Assembly (NCBI GenBank): GCA_040397585.1
Contig: JBBAVS010000004.1
Location: 717-64,716, forward strand
DNA length: 64,000 bases
Direction of reading: 5' to 3'
DNA from: Pirellulales bacterium
Lineage (GTDB): Bacteria; Planctomycetota; Planctomycetia; Pirellulales; UBA1268
Part shown: positions 56,901 to 64,000 of the stretch, piece by piece
How the letters are laid out: every line of letters begins with the position of its first letter
Numbering within the stretch: position 1 is the stretch's first letter
Translations under genes and position numbers: made by a program
Notes under the pieces: generated by a model
Seen by the model: the letters and a program-made list of their open reading frames with translations, nothing else
What the model was told of the DNA's origin: nothing
Database searches by the model: none

Positions 56901-57350
56901 CGCCCGCGGCTGGTGGAAGGCCTGGCGATGCCTCGTGAGGAGGACGAGTTCAGGCTGCGTTTCTACAACACGCTCTCGACGTGGATCGACATTGATCGGC
57001 TCCTCGGCGTGTTCGGGCTTGGGCGAGGTGATTTGGATGACGAGGCGAAGGTGGCCGCCGCCGTCCGGTCCGTCGCTGCCAAGGTGCCGACCTACGTGAC
57101 GCTCAAGGACGTGAAGAAGCGGTGGGGCCATGGCCAGGAGGACGTGCTTCCCGTGGCGCAGTTCGAAAAGCTCTGGGGCGACATGACGGCGCTGCCCGAG
57201 GTGAGTTGCCGGTTCGTCGTGGTGCCTCGGCAGCGCGGGCAGCAGCTCAAGGACGTGGCCCAGCTCGACGGGTGGCTTCGGGATGGCTCCGCGGCGTACG
57301 TCGAGCGGCTCTGCGACTGGGGGTCGCGATCTCAGCGGGCCAGTCGGTAG
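53955..57350 (+). CDS. Large fusion protein: GHMP-kinase-like (fucokinase-type) region plus a C-terminal UDPGP-family (UDP-sugar pyrophosphorylase-type) nucleotidyltransferase
   Basis: [20 protein letters not shown] and [15 protein letters not shown] resemble GHMP motifs II/III. The C-terminal [31 protein letters not shown] and [12 protein letters not shown] resemble UDPGP-family blocks. Start at MAATVPSRL (ATG 53955). Confidence 0.55.
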   Translation: MAATVPSRLVAIITAADPATRDQSMESVCRGAALEELLGESAALERFRRESGNLYERVRALFFLYAIHRFHMPARLAGEVPIAYAIGLPEGESRGVGHLDAALIPYEGYQHLLNRRFEEAIETFLSTQESNGPSDAVSSALATAYRDLGLQTLANQVRRSVRSLRGNQWMFRVGHPADHALRIRPELLAKSAVGPDGAGMYPVLRESTPVRMDLSHSGWSDIFFLGMDFPEGARVLNVSIDLAVHGRDAAPKPPVEAYLRVIDEPVLRLTSVDLGATAEITDLAEVFDFARDYLGLLKAAVIAAGIVPPGVEGSGENLATLLERVVGPGLGLELVSSVNNIPKGSRLAVSTNLLAALIAACMRATGQAAALTGQLTEAERRLVAARAILGEWLGGSGGGWQDSGGVWPAAKLIRGVAAAEGDPEHGMSRGRLLPRHDAVKLGADLQESLVLVHGGMAQNVGPILEMVTEKYLLRSETEWRARQEAGEVLDEIIAAVEAGDVNRIAAATTRNFFGPIQAIIPWATNLYTETIIDRVRERFGDRFRGFWMLGGMSGGGMGFIFSPEAKAEAQEALAEIMRQAKRELEHALPFAMEPVVYDFAVNDRGTWGDLLSGPAALMPAGYYALTVPTLLKRQTLPPSRRAELDAFGAACRTQPQLAGMVDTLFDRLFPRTAGRGSAADLRRLLSDLGFDEVQHEQIRADLQHGRIGLAQNRLPAATSLEDVEDNDVSFSGSRDEATFREAGLVALARGEAAVVTLAAGVGSRWTQGAGVVKALNPFCRLGGRHRSFLEVHLAKTRATGRMAGMPVPHVATTSHLTHEQIAAAIARWNVADLPVVLSPGRAVGLRMVPMTRDLRFAWEELSHQVLDEQKQKVRDSLHAALLAWAESAGEGSDYTDNLPLQCLHPVGHWYEIPNMLRNGVLRTLLAERPNLRWLFLHNIDTVGADLDPALLGRHIAGASCLTYEVIPRRIEDRGGGLARVNGRPRLVEGLAMPREEDEFRLRFYNTLSTWIDIDRLLGVFGLGRGDLDDEAKVAAAVRSVAAKVPTYVTLKDVKKRWGHGQEDVLPVAQFEKLWGDMTALPEVSCRFVVVPRQRGQQLKDVAQLDGWLRDGSAAYVERLCDWGSRSQRASR
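54192..54224 (-). repeat. Variant-A hairpin repeat unit embedded in frame in the 53955-57350 CDS
   Basis: gtccccatcgcttacgcgattgggcttcctgag is the exact reverse complement of the unit at 378-410 (minus its terminal base). It is 33 nt, or 11 codons, read as [11 protein letters not shown]. Confidence 0.9.
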
Positions 57351-58531
57351 ATCAGCAGTGCCACCAGCATTGCGACTGTCAGCGCTCCGCCGACGAGCAG
57401 CGGGATTGGTAGGGGGGGGTTCGCTGCCTCGATTGCGAACGTGACGAGTTGGTTGGGCGTGCCGACGGCGCCGTTGTCGGCGACCGCCAGTAACGTGCGG
57501 TGGCCATCAGGAAGTTTGGGCCCCAAGCAAAGGCCCTCAATATTGCATCCAAGTTGGTCCTTCCAGAGCAGGACCTTGGGAACGCTCGCATCTTCGCGAG
57601 AAGACAGATTCGAGTCCACGTCGGTCACATCGTCGATCCCGCGCGGATCGACCAAATAGAGCCGATTCTCGAACGGCGGCAGTCCGGGGGTTCCCGAACG
57701 CTCCAGCACGAGAAGATGGTCGTCGTCGATCACGTTCACGGCGGCAACGCCCGACAACGGTTCGCCACCGAACACGCGAACGAAGTCATGAGGAGGATCC
57801 ACCCGATACGGCAGTTGTTTCGGGTGCCGTTCGCCGGTTTCTTCGGGCGGCTGAAGCGCGATGCATGTCAGCCGCACGACCGTGCCATTCTCCGCCGTTG
57901 CCCCCGGCCCGTCGGCCGGAAGGGCCTCCTCATTGGCCGTCCAGAGGTGGCGACCATCCGCTTCAACGGCGAGTGATTCAAGGCCTCGGTTGTACCGCTG
58001 GTTGACCAGTTTGTCCGGGATTGGAATCACCCCGAGCAGGCTCCCGTCGGCAAGCGAGATCGCGCGGATTGCCGGTGTGTCTTCCTCCACCACGAGCAGG
58101 CAGCGGCCGGGATCGGGAAAGCCCTGGCGGACTCGGCGGGCGGCGATCCGTTGCTGAAGCGGTTCCGGGCACGGGGCGATGTCTTCGTAATCGTGCTTCT
58201 CGGAAAGCGTGAGCACACGGACGTCGCGCGGCTCCTGGGGAGTGCCGTCGCGCGCTAGCGCGAGCGTGAACAGGACCACGTTGTCGCTGTTGTCCATGAT
58301 CGCCGCATACTGCTCGTCGCCGAGCCAGGCGATGCCGCTGAGGCCCGTGATCGGCACGTCGTTTCCAGCCTGATCGGCCGCCGACTGCGGCAGCATCACC
58401 GATCCGCGCTGCACGATGCGATACGGCGGCTTCGAGGGAGCCGCTGCGGAATCCGCGGCATGCACGCACTCGACGAGGGCGAGCGATGCGCAGAAGGCCA
58501 GGGCGACGGCAGCGGTCCGAACGAGGGGCAT
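57332..58531 (-). CDS. Secreted beta-propeller-like protein (possibly phytase-like/esterase family) with a C-terminal TM anchor
   Basis: Signal peptide [43 protein letters not shown] resembles the phytase-like family. The C-terminus reads [29 protein letters not shown]. Confidence 0.45.
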   Translation of the reverse strand: MPLVRTAAVALAFCASLALVECVHAADSAAAPSKPPYRIVQRGSVMLPQSAADQAGNDVPITGLSGIAWLGDEQYAAIMDNSDNVVLFTLALARDGTPQEPRDVRVLTLSEKHDYEDIAPCPEPLQQRIAARRVRQGFPDPGRCLLVVEEDTPAIRAISLADGSLLGVIPIPDKLVNQRYNRGLESLAVEADGRHLWTANEEALPADGPGATAENGTVVRLTCIALQPPEETGERHPKQLPYRVDPPHDFVRVFGGEPLSGVAAVNVIDDDHLLVLERSGTPGLPPFENRLYLVDPRGIDDVTDVDSNLSSREDASVPKVLLWKDQLGCNIEGLCLGPKLPDGHRTLLAVADNGAVGTPNQLVTFAIEAANPPLPIPLLVGGALTVAMLVALLIYRLAR

Positions 58532-58600
58532 ACGACGGTTTTACCACGGCAGCGGCGCGGGTCACTCTGCCCGGGGCAGGGGTTTTGCTAGGCTCCCACC

Positions 58601-59923
58601 ATGCCGAGCCCCGCCCCAGAGCCCATTTCGCCCCGGCCCCTGACCATCTGGCTCGTCAATCCGTTCGACGACATTCCGGGTGAAGGGCCGCCGCCCCTCC
58701 GCTATTGGACGCTTGCCCGCGTTCTCGCAGCCCGGGGGCACGACGTCACCTGGTGGACGGCCACCTGGAGCCACCGCCGCAAGGCGATTCGCACGGCCCC
58801 TCTGGGGATTCGCGAAGACGAGGGCTTCGCCGTGCGGCTCGTGGCGGTGCGGCCGTATGAGAAGAATGTGTCGCTGGCTCGGATCGGTAGCCATCGCGAC
58901 TTCGGCCGCACCTTCGAGCGGCTGGCGAACGAGTCGATCTCGTCGGGCCAGCTGGAACGCCCCGACATCCTCCTCGCGAGCCTGCCGCCGCTCGAAGGCC
59001 CCGAGGCTGCCGCCCGGCTCGCCCGCAGGCTCGATGCGACGTTCGTGCTCGACGTTCTGGACGGCTGGTCGGATGCGGCCGAGGGCATGCTGCCCGGGCC
59101 AGGTTTTCTCAAGCGCCTGCTGGCGCCGTTCGTGGTTGGAGGCCTACGGACTCGGCTGAAGGAGCTGCTCGATGCCGCCGACGCCGTCTCCGCGGCCACG
59201 CAAACCTATGCCGACACCGTGCTCCGCGACGCCCCCGCCGCGCTGCCCCGCCACGTCTGCTACCTCGGTGCCTACCCGCAGGAGTTCGCCGCACCGCCGC
59301 GGGCCATCGACCATGTGCCGCTGCCCGATGGCAGCAGTGACGCGGCGACCGCACCGCCGGCGCTCGAGTGCGTGTATGCCGGCTCGCTGGAGACGGGCCA
59401 GGATCTCGACGTGCTGCCCGCCGCCGTGCGGCAGTTGGCGGCCGCCGGAGTGAACGCCACGATCCATGTGGCCGGCACGGGCGCGGCCGAGGCCACGCTC
59501 CGCCGGGCCGCTGCCGGGCTTGGCGGACCCTGCCGGCTCGAAGTGCACGGGCTCCTGCCGCGTCCGGGATATGTGCAGCTTCTGTCGCGGTGCGACGTGG
59601 GGCTCGTGTGCGTGAAGCCCGAGTCGCTGGTCGCCGTGCCCTACAAGGCCTGCGACTACGCTGCGGCGGGCCTGGCCCTCGTGAACGCCCTTCCGGGCGA
59701 ACTCCAGCGGCTGATCGACGAGCATGCCGCCGGCGTTGCCTACACGGCCGGCGATGCCGCGTCGCTCGCTCGGGCGATCGCCGGCCTCGCTGCCGACCGC
59801 AGCCGCTTGGCGGCATGTCGCCAGGGAGCCCGCCGGCTCGCCGCCGCAGAGTTCGACCGCGAACGCACGTATCCGAAGTTCGCGGACTGGCTCGAGAGCG
59901 CGCATGCAAGCCCAGCGGCGTGA
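58601..59923 (+). CDS. Glycosyltransferase family 1
   Basis: IWLVNPFD, a GT-B C-terminal half (YAGSLETGQDL...VPYKACDYAAAGLALV), and a last five codons plus stop that lie inside a repeat unit. Confidence 0.72.
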   Translation: MPSPAPEPISPRPLTIWLVNPFDDIPGEGPPPLRYWTLARVLAARGHDVTWWTATWSHRRKAIRTAPLGIREDEGFAVRLVAVRPYEKNVSLARIGSHRDFGRTFERLANESISSGQLERPDILLASLPPLEGPEAAARLARRLDATFVLDVLDGWSDAAEGMLPGPGFLKRLLAPFVVGGLRTRLKELLDAADAVSAATQTYADTVLRDAPAALPRHVCYLGAYPQEFAAPPRAIDHVPLPDGSSDAATAPPALECVYAGSLETGQDLDVLPAAVRQLAAAGVNATIHVAGTGAAEATLRRAAAGLGGPCRLEVHGLLPRPGYVQLLSRCDVGLVCVKPESLVAVPYKACDYAAAGLALVNALPGELQRLIDEHAAGVAYTAGDAASLARAIAGLAADRSRLAACRQGARRLAAAEFDRERTYPKFADWLESAHASPAA

Positions 59924-60019
59924 GCCGTGGGGACCGCGTCCAGCGTCGGGGCGATCGTACCGCTCACGCGGTTACGCTTCCTGAGTTTCAGGAAGCCCAG
60001 CGGCGTGAGCCGTGGGGAC
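59903..60019. repeat. Repeat cluster: forward variant-B unit, reverse variant-C' unit, forward variant-B unit
   Basis: 59903-59934 is catgcaagcccagcggcgtgagccgtggggac. 59953-59985 is gatcgtaccgctcacgcggttacgcttcctgag. 59989-60019 is caggaagcccagcggcgtgagccgtggggac. Loops are GTGA. Confidence 0.9.
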
Positions 60020-60104
60020 CTCGGCCGAGCGAGCTCTTGAGCCCACCAACTCGACGGCGTAGAATGTACGCCCGTTCATCATTTTCCCTTGTGGGGAGCT
60101 ACCC

Positions 60105-60317
60105 ATGAACGCCGACACGATTCGTGAGTTTGTCAGACGCCAGCCGTTCGAGCCGTTCGTGATCCGCCTGTCGAACGGCGAGACGCACGAGGTGCGGCAT
60201 CCGGAATGCCTGCTCGTCACAAAGACCAAGGTGATCGTCTACTACCCAGATGACGACCGCACCGTGCATCTCTCGTTGATCCACGTCAACGCCGTGGAAA
60301 CCCTCCAATCGACCTGA
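60105..60317 (+). CDS. Small hypothetical protein (70 aa)
   Basis: ATG is preceded by GGGGAG. Compact ORF with good GC3 bias. I recognise no family. Confidence 0.5.
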   Translation: MNADTIREFVRRQPFEPFVIRLSNGETHEVRHPECLLVTKTKVIVYYPDDDRTVHLSLIHVNAVETLQST

Positions 60318-60338
60318 TGCCTCTTCGGGGGGAAGTCC

Positions 60339-60842
60339 ATGAACGCCATCCCCACTCTCGCGACGCTGATGCATGCCATTCACCGCGAGAAACTCGAGGT
60401 GGTGTTGATCGGCAATGCTGCAGCCGCGATGCATGGTGCCCCAGTCACCACCCTCGATTTCGACTTCATGTTCCGTGACACGCCGGTCAATTTGCGGAAA
60501 CTCAAGCGCGTGGCGGATGCCATCGAGGCCACGATCATGCGGCCGTTCTACCCGGTGTCGAAGCGCTATCGGATGGTGGACGATGGCACTGGGCTTCAGG
60601 CCGACTTCATGCCCGTGATTCATGGCGTGAAATCATTCGAGAGCCTCAGGTCGCGGGCCGAGGAGCGAAAGGTGGGGAGCCTGTCGCTTCTGATCGCCTC
60701 GCTCGACGACATCATTGCCAGCAAGAAGTGCGCAGGCCGGGACCGCGATCTGGCGGTGCTGCCGGTGCTCGAGAAGACACGGCGGGAGGCATTGCCAATG
60801 CCCGTCATCGGCGCGAAGCCACGGAAACGAGGAGAGGGTTGA
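60339..60842 (+). CDS. Nucleotidyltransferase-fold protein (MNT/AbiEii-like minimal NTase)
   Basis: VLIGNAAAAMHGAPVTTLDFDFMF fits the G-x-(10-13)-D-x-D pattern of minimal NTases. C-terminal ASLDDIIASKKCAGRDRD. Confidence 0.5.
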   Translation: MNAIPTLATLMHAIHREKLEVVLIGNAAAAMHGAPVTTLDFDFMFRDTPVNLRKLKRVADAIEATIMRPFYPVSKRYRMVDDGTGLQADFMPVIHGVKSFESLRSRAEERKVGSLSLLIASLDDIIASKKCAGRDRDLAVLPVLEKTRREALPMPVIGAKPRKRGEG

Positions 60843-60845
60843 CTC

Positions 60846-61028
60846 ATGGTGAAGCGAAAGCCTGGCAAGGGCAAGCAGGCACGTGGCCGCAAGGCGACGC
60901 TCGACGCGCTCGAGGCGGAGAGCGAACGGCAACTCATCGAGTTGATTCGCCGTCGGCTCGCGCTGCCGCTGGAGAAGCGGATGAACTTCCTCCGCAAACG
61001 CCTGCCGGGTGGCGGAAGTTGTTTGTGA
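60846..61028 (+). CDS. Small basic hypothetical protein (60 aa)
   Basis: Starts 4 nt after the upstream stop. Lys/Arg-rich N-terminus MVKRKPGKGKQARGRK, followed by a predicted helix. Confidence 0.4.
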   Translation: MVKRKPGKGKQARGRKATLDALEAESERQLIELIRRRLALPLEKRMNFLRKRLPGGGSCL

Positions 61029-61038
61029 GTCAGGGTGC

Positions 61039-61071
61039 GATCGTACCGCTCACGCGGTTACGCTTCCTGAG
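61039..61071 (-). repeat. Single reverse variant-C' hairpin repeat unit
   Basis: gatcgtaccgctcacgcggttacgcttcctgag, identical to 59953-59985. It starts 10 nt after stop 61026-61028. Confidence 0.9.
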
Positions 61072-61098
61072 TCGGGCATCGCGATCGTGAGATGATGC

Positions 61099-62616
61099 AT
61101 GGCTGATCACCCTGCCACCGCCGAGCCGCCGCAGACGCTCCTCGCGTCGCTCGCCCACCTCGGGCCCGGGATCGTGCTCGCCAGTTCCATCGTGGGCAGC
61201 GGGGAGCTGATCGCCACCACCACCACCGGTGCCCAGGCGGGATTCGTACTCCTCTGGCTGATCCTCGTCGGCTGCGTGATCAAGGTGGCCGCCCAGGTGG
61301 AGATCGGCCGTACCACGCTCACCTGGGGCCGCACCGCGCTCGACTCCTTCGACCGCGTGCCCGGCCCGCGGCTCGGCGGCCGCGGCTGGATCTACTGGGC
61401 CTGGGCCGTGATGACCGCGCTGATCGTCGTGCAGCAAGGCGGCATCGTGGTGGGCGTGGCGCAAACGCTCGCGGCCGGCCTGCCGCTCACGTCCGCCGGT
61501 CGCCAGTGGAACGCCGCCCACGACGAGGCCGCGGGGCTCGTGGTGGCCGAGGCGTCGGCGCGGCGTGGGGGCGACGTAACTGCGGCCGACGGCCTCGCCG
61601 GAAAGCTTGCCGCCGCCCAGACCGCCGCGGCGGCTCTCCCGGCGCCGTTCGACGAGACCGCTTGGTGCGTGATCACCGGCCTCGTCACCGCCGCGCTGCT
61701 CGCGCTCGGCCGCTATCGGCTCATCGAACTGGTGTCGCTCGCGCTCGTGGGCACGTTCACGCTCGTCACCCTCCTGGCCCTCGCGCTGCTCCAGGTCGAT
61801 CCGGTGTGGGCGATCTCGGGCCGTGAGCTCGCCAGCGGCCTCGTGCCCGCGCTGCCCCCCGCGATCGGCGGCCGCTCGCCCATCGTCACGGCGCTGGCCA
61901 CGTTCGGCATCATCGGCGTGGGGGCGAGCGAACTGATGATCTATCCCTACTGGTGCCTCGAGAAGGGCTACGGGGCCGCGGTGGGGCCCCGCGACGACTC
62001 GCCCGCCTGGGCCCGTCGGGCCAAGGGCTGGCTCCGCGTCATGCAGCTCGACGCCTGGGCATCGATGGTGGTCTACACGCTCGTGACCGTGTGCTTCTAC
62101 CTGCTCGGGGCCGCCACGCTTGGCCGGCTGGGGCTCGTGCCCGCCGGTGGCGAAATGGTGCGGACGCTCGGCGCGATGTACACGCCCGTGTTCGGCGCGT
62201 GGGCGGGCGGGGCGTTTCGGGTGGGCGCGTTCGCGGTGCTCTATTCGACGCTGTTCGTGGCAGCCGCCGGCAATGCCCGAATGGTGGCCGACGGGCTGAT
62301 CCTGGCCCGCTGGCTGCCGGCCGACGAGCGGTCGCGGGCGGCCTGGGCGCGGCGCATCTCCGTGGCCTGGGTCCTGGTGGCGACGCTACTCGCCCTGCTC
62401 ATCCGCCAGCCGGTGGCCATGGTGCTGGCCAGCGGCATCGCGCAGTCGGTGATGCTCGCCGCCATCGGGGTCGCGGTGGTGTTTTTTCGGTGGTGGGAGA
62501 CCGATCCGCGGCTCGCCCCTTCACGGGCCTGGGACGCCCTGCTGGCGGCGTCGGTGGCGGGGCTCGTGACGGTGGGCCTGTGGACGGTGTGGGAAAAAAT
62601 CGCATCGGCGTGGTGA
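61099..62616 (+). CDS. Nramp-family divalent metal cation transporter
   Basis: LGPGIVLASSIVGSGELIATTTTGAQAGFVLLW, VIKVAAQVEIGR, and about 11-12 TM segments. Confidence 0.8.
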   Translation: MADHPATAEPPQTLLASLAHLGPGIVLASSIVGSGELIATTTTGAQAGFVLLWLILVGCVIKVAAQVEIGRTTLTWGRTALDSFDRVPGPRLGGRGWIYWAWAVMTALIVVQQGGIVVGVAQTLAAGLPLTSAGRQWNAAHDEAAGLVVAEASARRGGDVTAADGLAGKLAAAQTAAAALPAPFDETAWCVITGLVTAALLALGRYRLIELVSLALVGTFTLVTLLALALLQVDPVWAISGRELASGLVPALPPAIGGRSPIVTALATFGIIGVGASELMIYPYWCLEKGYGAAVGPRDDSPAWARRAKGWLRVMQLDAWASMVVYTLVTVCFYLLGAATLGRLGLVPAGGEMVRTLGAMYTPVFGAWAGGAFRVGAFAVLYSTLFVAAAGNARMVADGLILARWLPADERSRAAWARRISVAWVLVATLLALLIRQPVAMVLASGIAQSVMLAAIGVAVVFFRWWETDPRLAPSRAWDALLAASVAGLVTVGLWTVWEKIASAW

Positions 62617-62618
62617 AC

Positions 62619-62686
62619 ATCCCCACGGCTTACGCCGTTGGGCTTCCTGGGGCAGTCCCCACGGCTTACGCCGTTGGGCTTCCTGG
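62619..62686 (-). repeat. Two tandem reverse units (36-nt period) of the hairpin repeat, stem variant D
   Basis: atccccacggcttacgccgttgggcttcctgg at 62619-62650 and gtccccacggcttacgccgttgggcttcctgg at 62655-62686. The first starts 2 nt after the Nramp stop. A GC hairpin ggggcgg-gaag-ccgcccc follows at 62686-62703. Confidence 0.9.
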
Positions 62687-62802
62687 GGCGGGAAGCCGCC
62701 CCCAGACTGGTGTTGCCTAAAACCCGCTTTCCGGGAACGATGCCGGGGCTCCCGGCTTCCGGCTACCGGACGCGGCCGACTGCCGCAGGCGACCGTCTCC
62801 CG

Positions 62803-64000
62803 ATGGCTGAACACCACTCCCACCACCATGCGGCTCCCAGGGTCAGGCCGTGGAAGCGGCTGACCGACGCCCTGCGCTTCGAGCGGAGCGACCTCTGGAC
62901 GGTGATCGCCTTCGCGACGGCCGTGGGCGTGCTCTCGATCGTCACGCCGGCAGCGATCGAGGCCCTCGTCAACACCGTGGCGTTCGGAGTGCAGCTCTGG
63001 CCGGTGGTCGTGCTCGCGGGCGTGATGTTCGGGTTTCTCGTGCTCTCGGTGATGCTCCGGGCGATGCAGCTCTTCGTGGTGGAGTGCCTGCAGCGGCGGT
63101 TCTTCGTGCGGACGGCCGACGCCTTCGCCGACCATTTCGCGCGGGCCGAAATGGAGGCCTTCGACGGCCGCAATCCCACCGACATCGTGAACCGGTTCTT
63201 CGAGGTGGCGTCGGTCCAGAAGGCGTTCGCCACGCTCCTCGTCGACGGCATCGGCGTGGTAATGGTGACGCTCGTCGGCCTGATGGTGCTCGCCTTCTAC
63301 CATCCGTATCTGCTCACGTTCGCCGCCGTGATGGCGGCCCTCGTGTTCTTCCTGCTGTTCGTGCTCGGGATCGGCGGCGTCAACTCGAGCATCGCCGAGA
63401 GCTACGCGAAGTTCGACGTGGCGGCCTGGCTCGAGGAGTTGGCGAAGTGCCCGCACACATTCCGCTTTGGCCGCGGGGGCGAGTTGGCGCACCAGCGGGC
63501 CGACGAACTCGCCGACGCCTACCTGACCGCGCGGCGGCGGCATTTTCGCGTGGTCTGGCGGCAGACGCTCTTCGCGTTCCTGCTCGAGGCGGTGGCGATG
63601 ACGGTGCTCCTCGGCCTCGGCGGCTGGCTGGTGATCAACCGCCAGCTGACGCTCGGCCAGCTCGTGGCCGGCGAACTGATCGTGGCCCTCGTGCTTGCCG
63701 CGATTTCCAAGAGCGGCAAGTACATCGAGACCTTCTACGACCTCCAGGCCTCGCTCGACAAGCTCGGCGTCCTTGATCAGCTACCGCTCGAACGCGAGGG
63801 GGGCGAACTGCTGCCCGCGGTCGATCGGCCGATGGAGGTGGTGGCCGAGATGCGCCGCTGGACGCCAGGCGGCCACAGCGGCGAGCCGCTGCGGCGGCTG
63901 GAGCTCGCCGCGGGCGAGCGGGTGGCCGTCTGCGGGCCTTCGGGCAGCGGCAAGACGCGGCTCCTGGAAACGCTCGCACTGCTGCGGGTGCCCGCCGAGG
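62803..64000 (+). CDS. ABC exporter, fused TMD-NBD (HlyB/type-I-secretion-like), 5' part; continues beyond the window
   Basis: Not in the supplied ORF track. I translated this frame by hand from ATG 62803 and it is open to the window end. Translation begins MAEHHSHHHAAPRVRPWKRL, has hydrophobic TMD segments, and reaches Walker A VAVCGPSGSGKTRL at about 63930-63965. Strong GC3 bias. Confidence 0.75.
   Translation, partial: MAEHHSHHHAAPRVRPWKRLTDALRFERSDLWTVIAFATAVGVLSIVTPAAIEALVNTVAFGVQLWPVVVLAGVMFGFLVLSVMLRAMQLFVVECLQRRFFVRTADAFADHFARAEMEAFDGRNPTDIVNRFFEVASVQKAFATLLVDGIGVVMVTLVGLMVLAFYHPYLLTFAAVMAALVFFLLFVLGIGGVNSSIAESYAKFDVAAWLEELAKCPHTFRFGRGGELAHQRADELADAYLTARRRHFRVVWRQTLFAFLLEAVAMTVLLGLGGWLVINRQLTLGQLVAGELIVALVLAAISKSGKYIETFYDLQASLDKLGVLDQLPLEREGGELLPAVDRPMEVVAEMRRWTPGGHSGEPLRRLELAAGERVAVCGPSGSGKTRLLETLALLRVPAE

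Noticed and set aside
62850-63776. 308-aa plus-strand track ORF in the last 1.2 kb
   Set aside because: It is out of frame with the ABC exporter frame, which carries TMD hydrophobicity and a Walker A motif. Its translation is Arg/Gly/Asp-rich nonsense.
1-64000. Search for tRNA, rRNA, transposase, integrase, phage or cas genes across the window
   Set aside because: I saw none. The intergenic gaps contain no tRNA-like GGTTCGAATCC-type T-arms, and no ORF shows DDE, tyrosine recombinase or serine recombinase motifs. Absence by eye is not proof.

Overview
High-GC bacterial chromosomal window; gene style suggests Planctomycetota, but that is tentative. All family calls rest on motif recognition in the translations, with no database search. 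After the 3' end of fusA and two small secreted-protein genes, about 1.9-59.9 kb is one very large cell-surface polysaccharide locus. A Wza-like export gene is transcribed divergently from a NusG/RfaH-type paralog. That paralog heads 40 consecutive plus-strand genes (3.4-48.8 kb), many with 4-nt start/stop overlaps. The run encodes a CapD/PglF-type dehydratase, a DegT aminotransferase and three initiating phosphoglycosyl transferases. It also encodes an ACP + adenylating ligase + SDR + NeuD/PglD-type acyltransferase module and 11 recognisable GT1/GT2/GT11/GT26 glycosyltransferases. Further genes include six SAM methyltransferases (three FkbM-type), two paralogous Wzx-like flippases, two large polytopic membrane proteins and O-acyl transferases plus a SASA-type esterase. 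A GDP-heptose module with a fused HddC-GmhB and a 1331-aa secreted CBM/GH-like protein complete the run. Downstream lie two tandem AsnB-type amidotransferases (minus strand), a GalU-like gene, a kinase/UDP-sugar-pyrophosphorylase fusion and another GT1. The window ends with a three-gene small cassette, an Nramp transporter and the 5' part of an ABC exporter. Overlaid on this is a family of ~33-nt hairpin repeats (conserved CAGGAAGC flank, 9-bp stem, GNRA loop, compensatory stem variants). It has 14 copies at 6 loci, nearly all within about 10 nt of stop codons, one in frame inside a CDS and one supplying a gene's stop codon. No tRNA, rRNA, CRISPR array, transposase or integrase was recognised.
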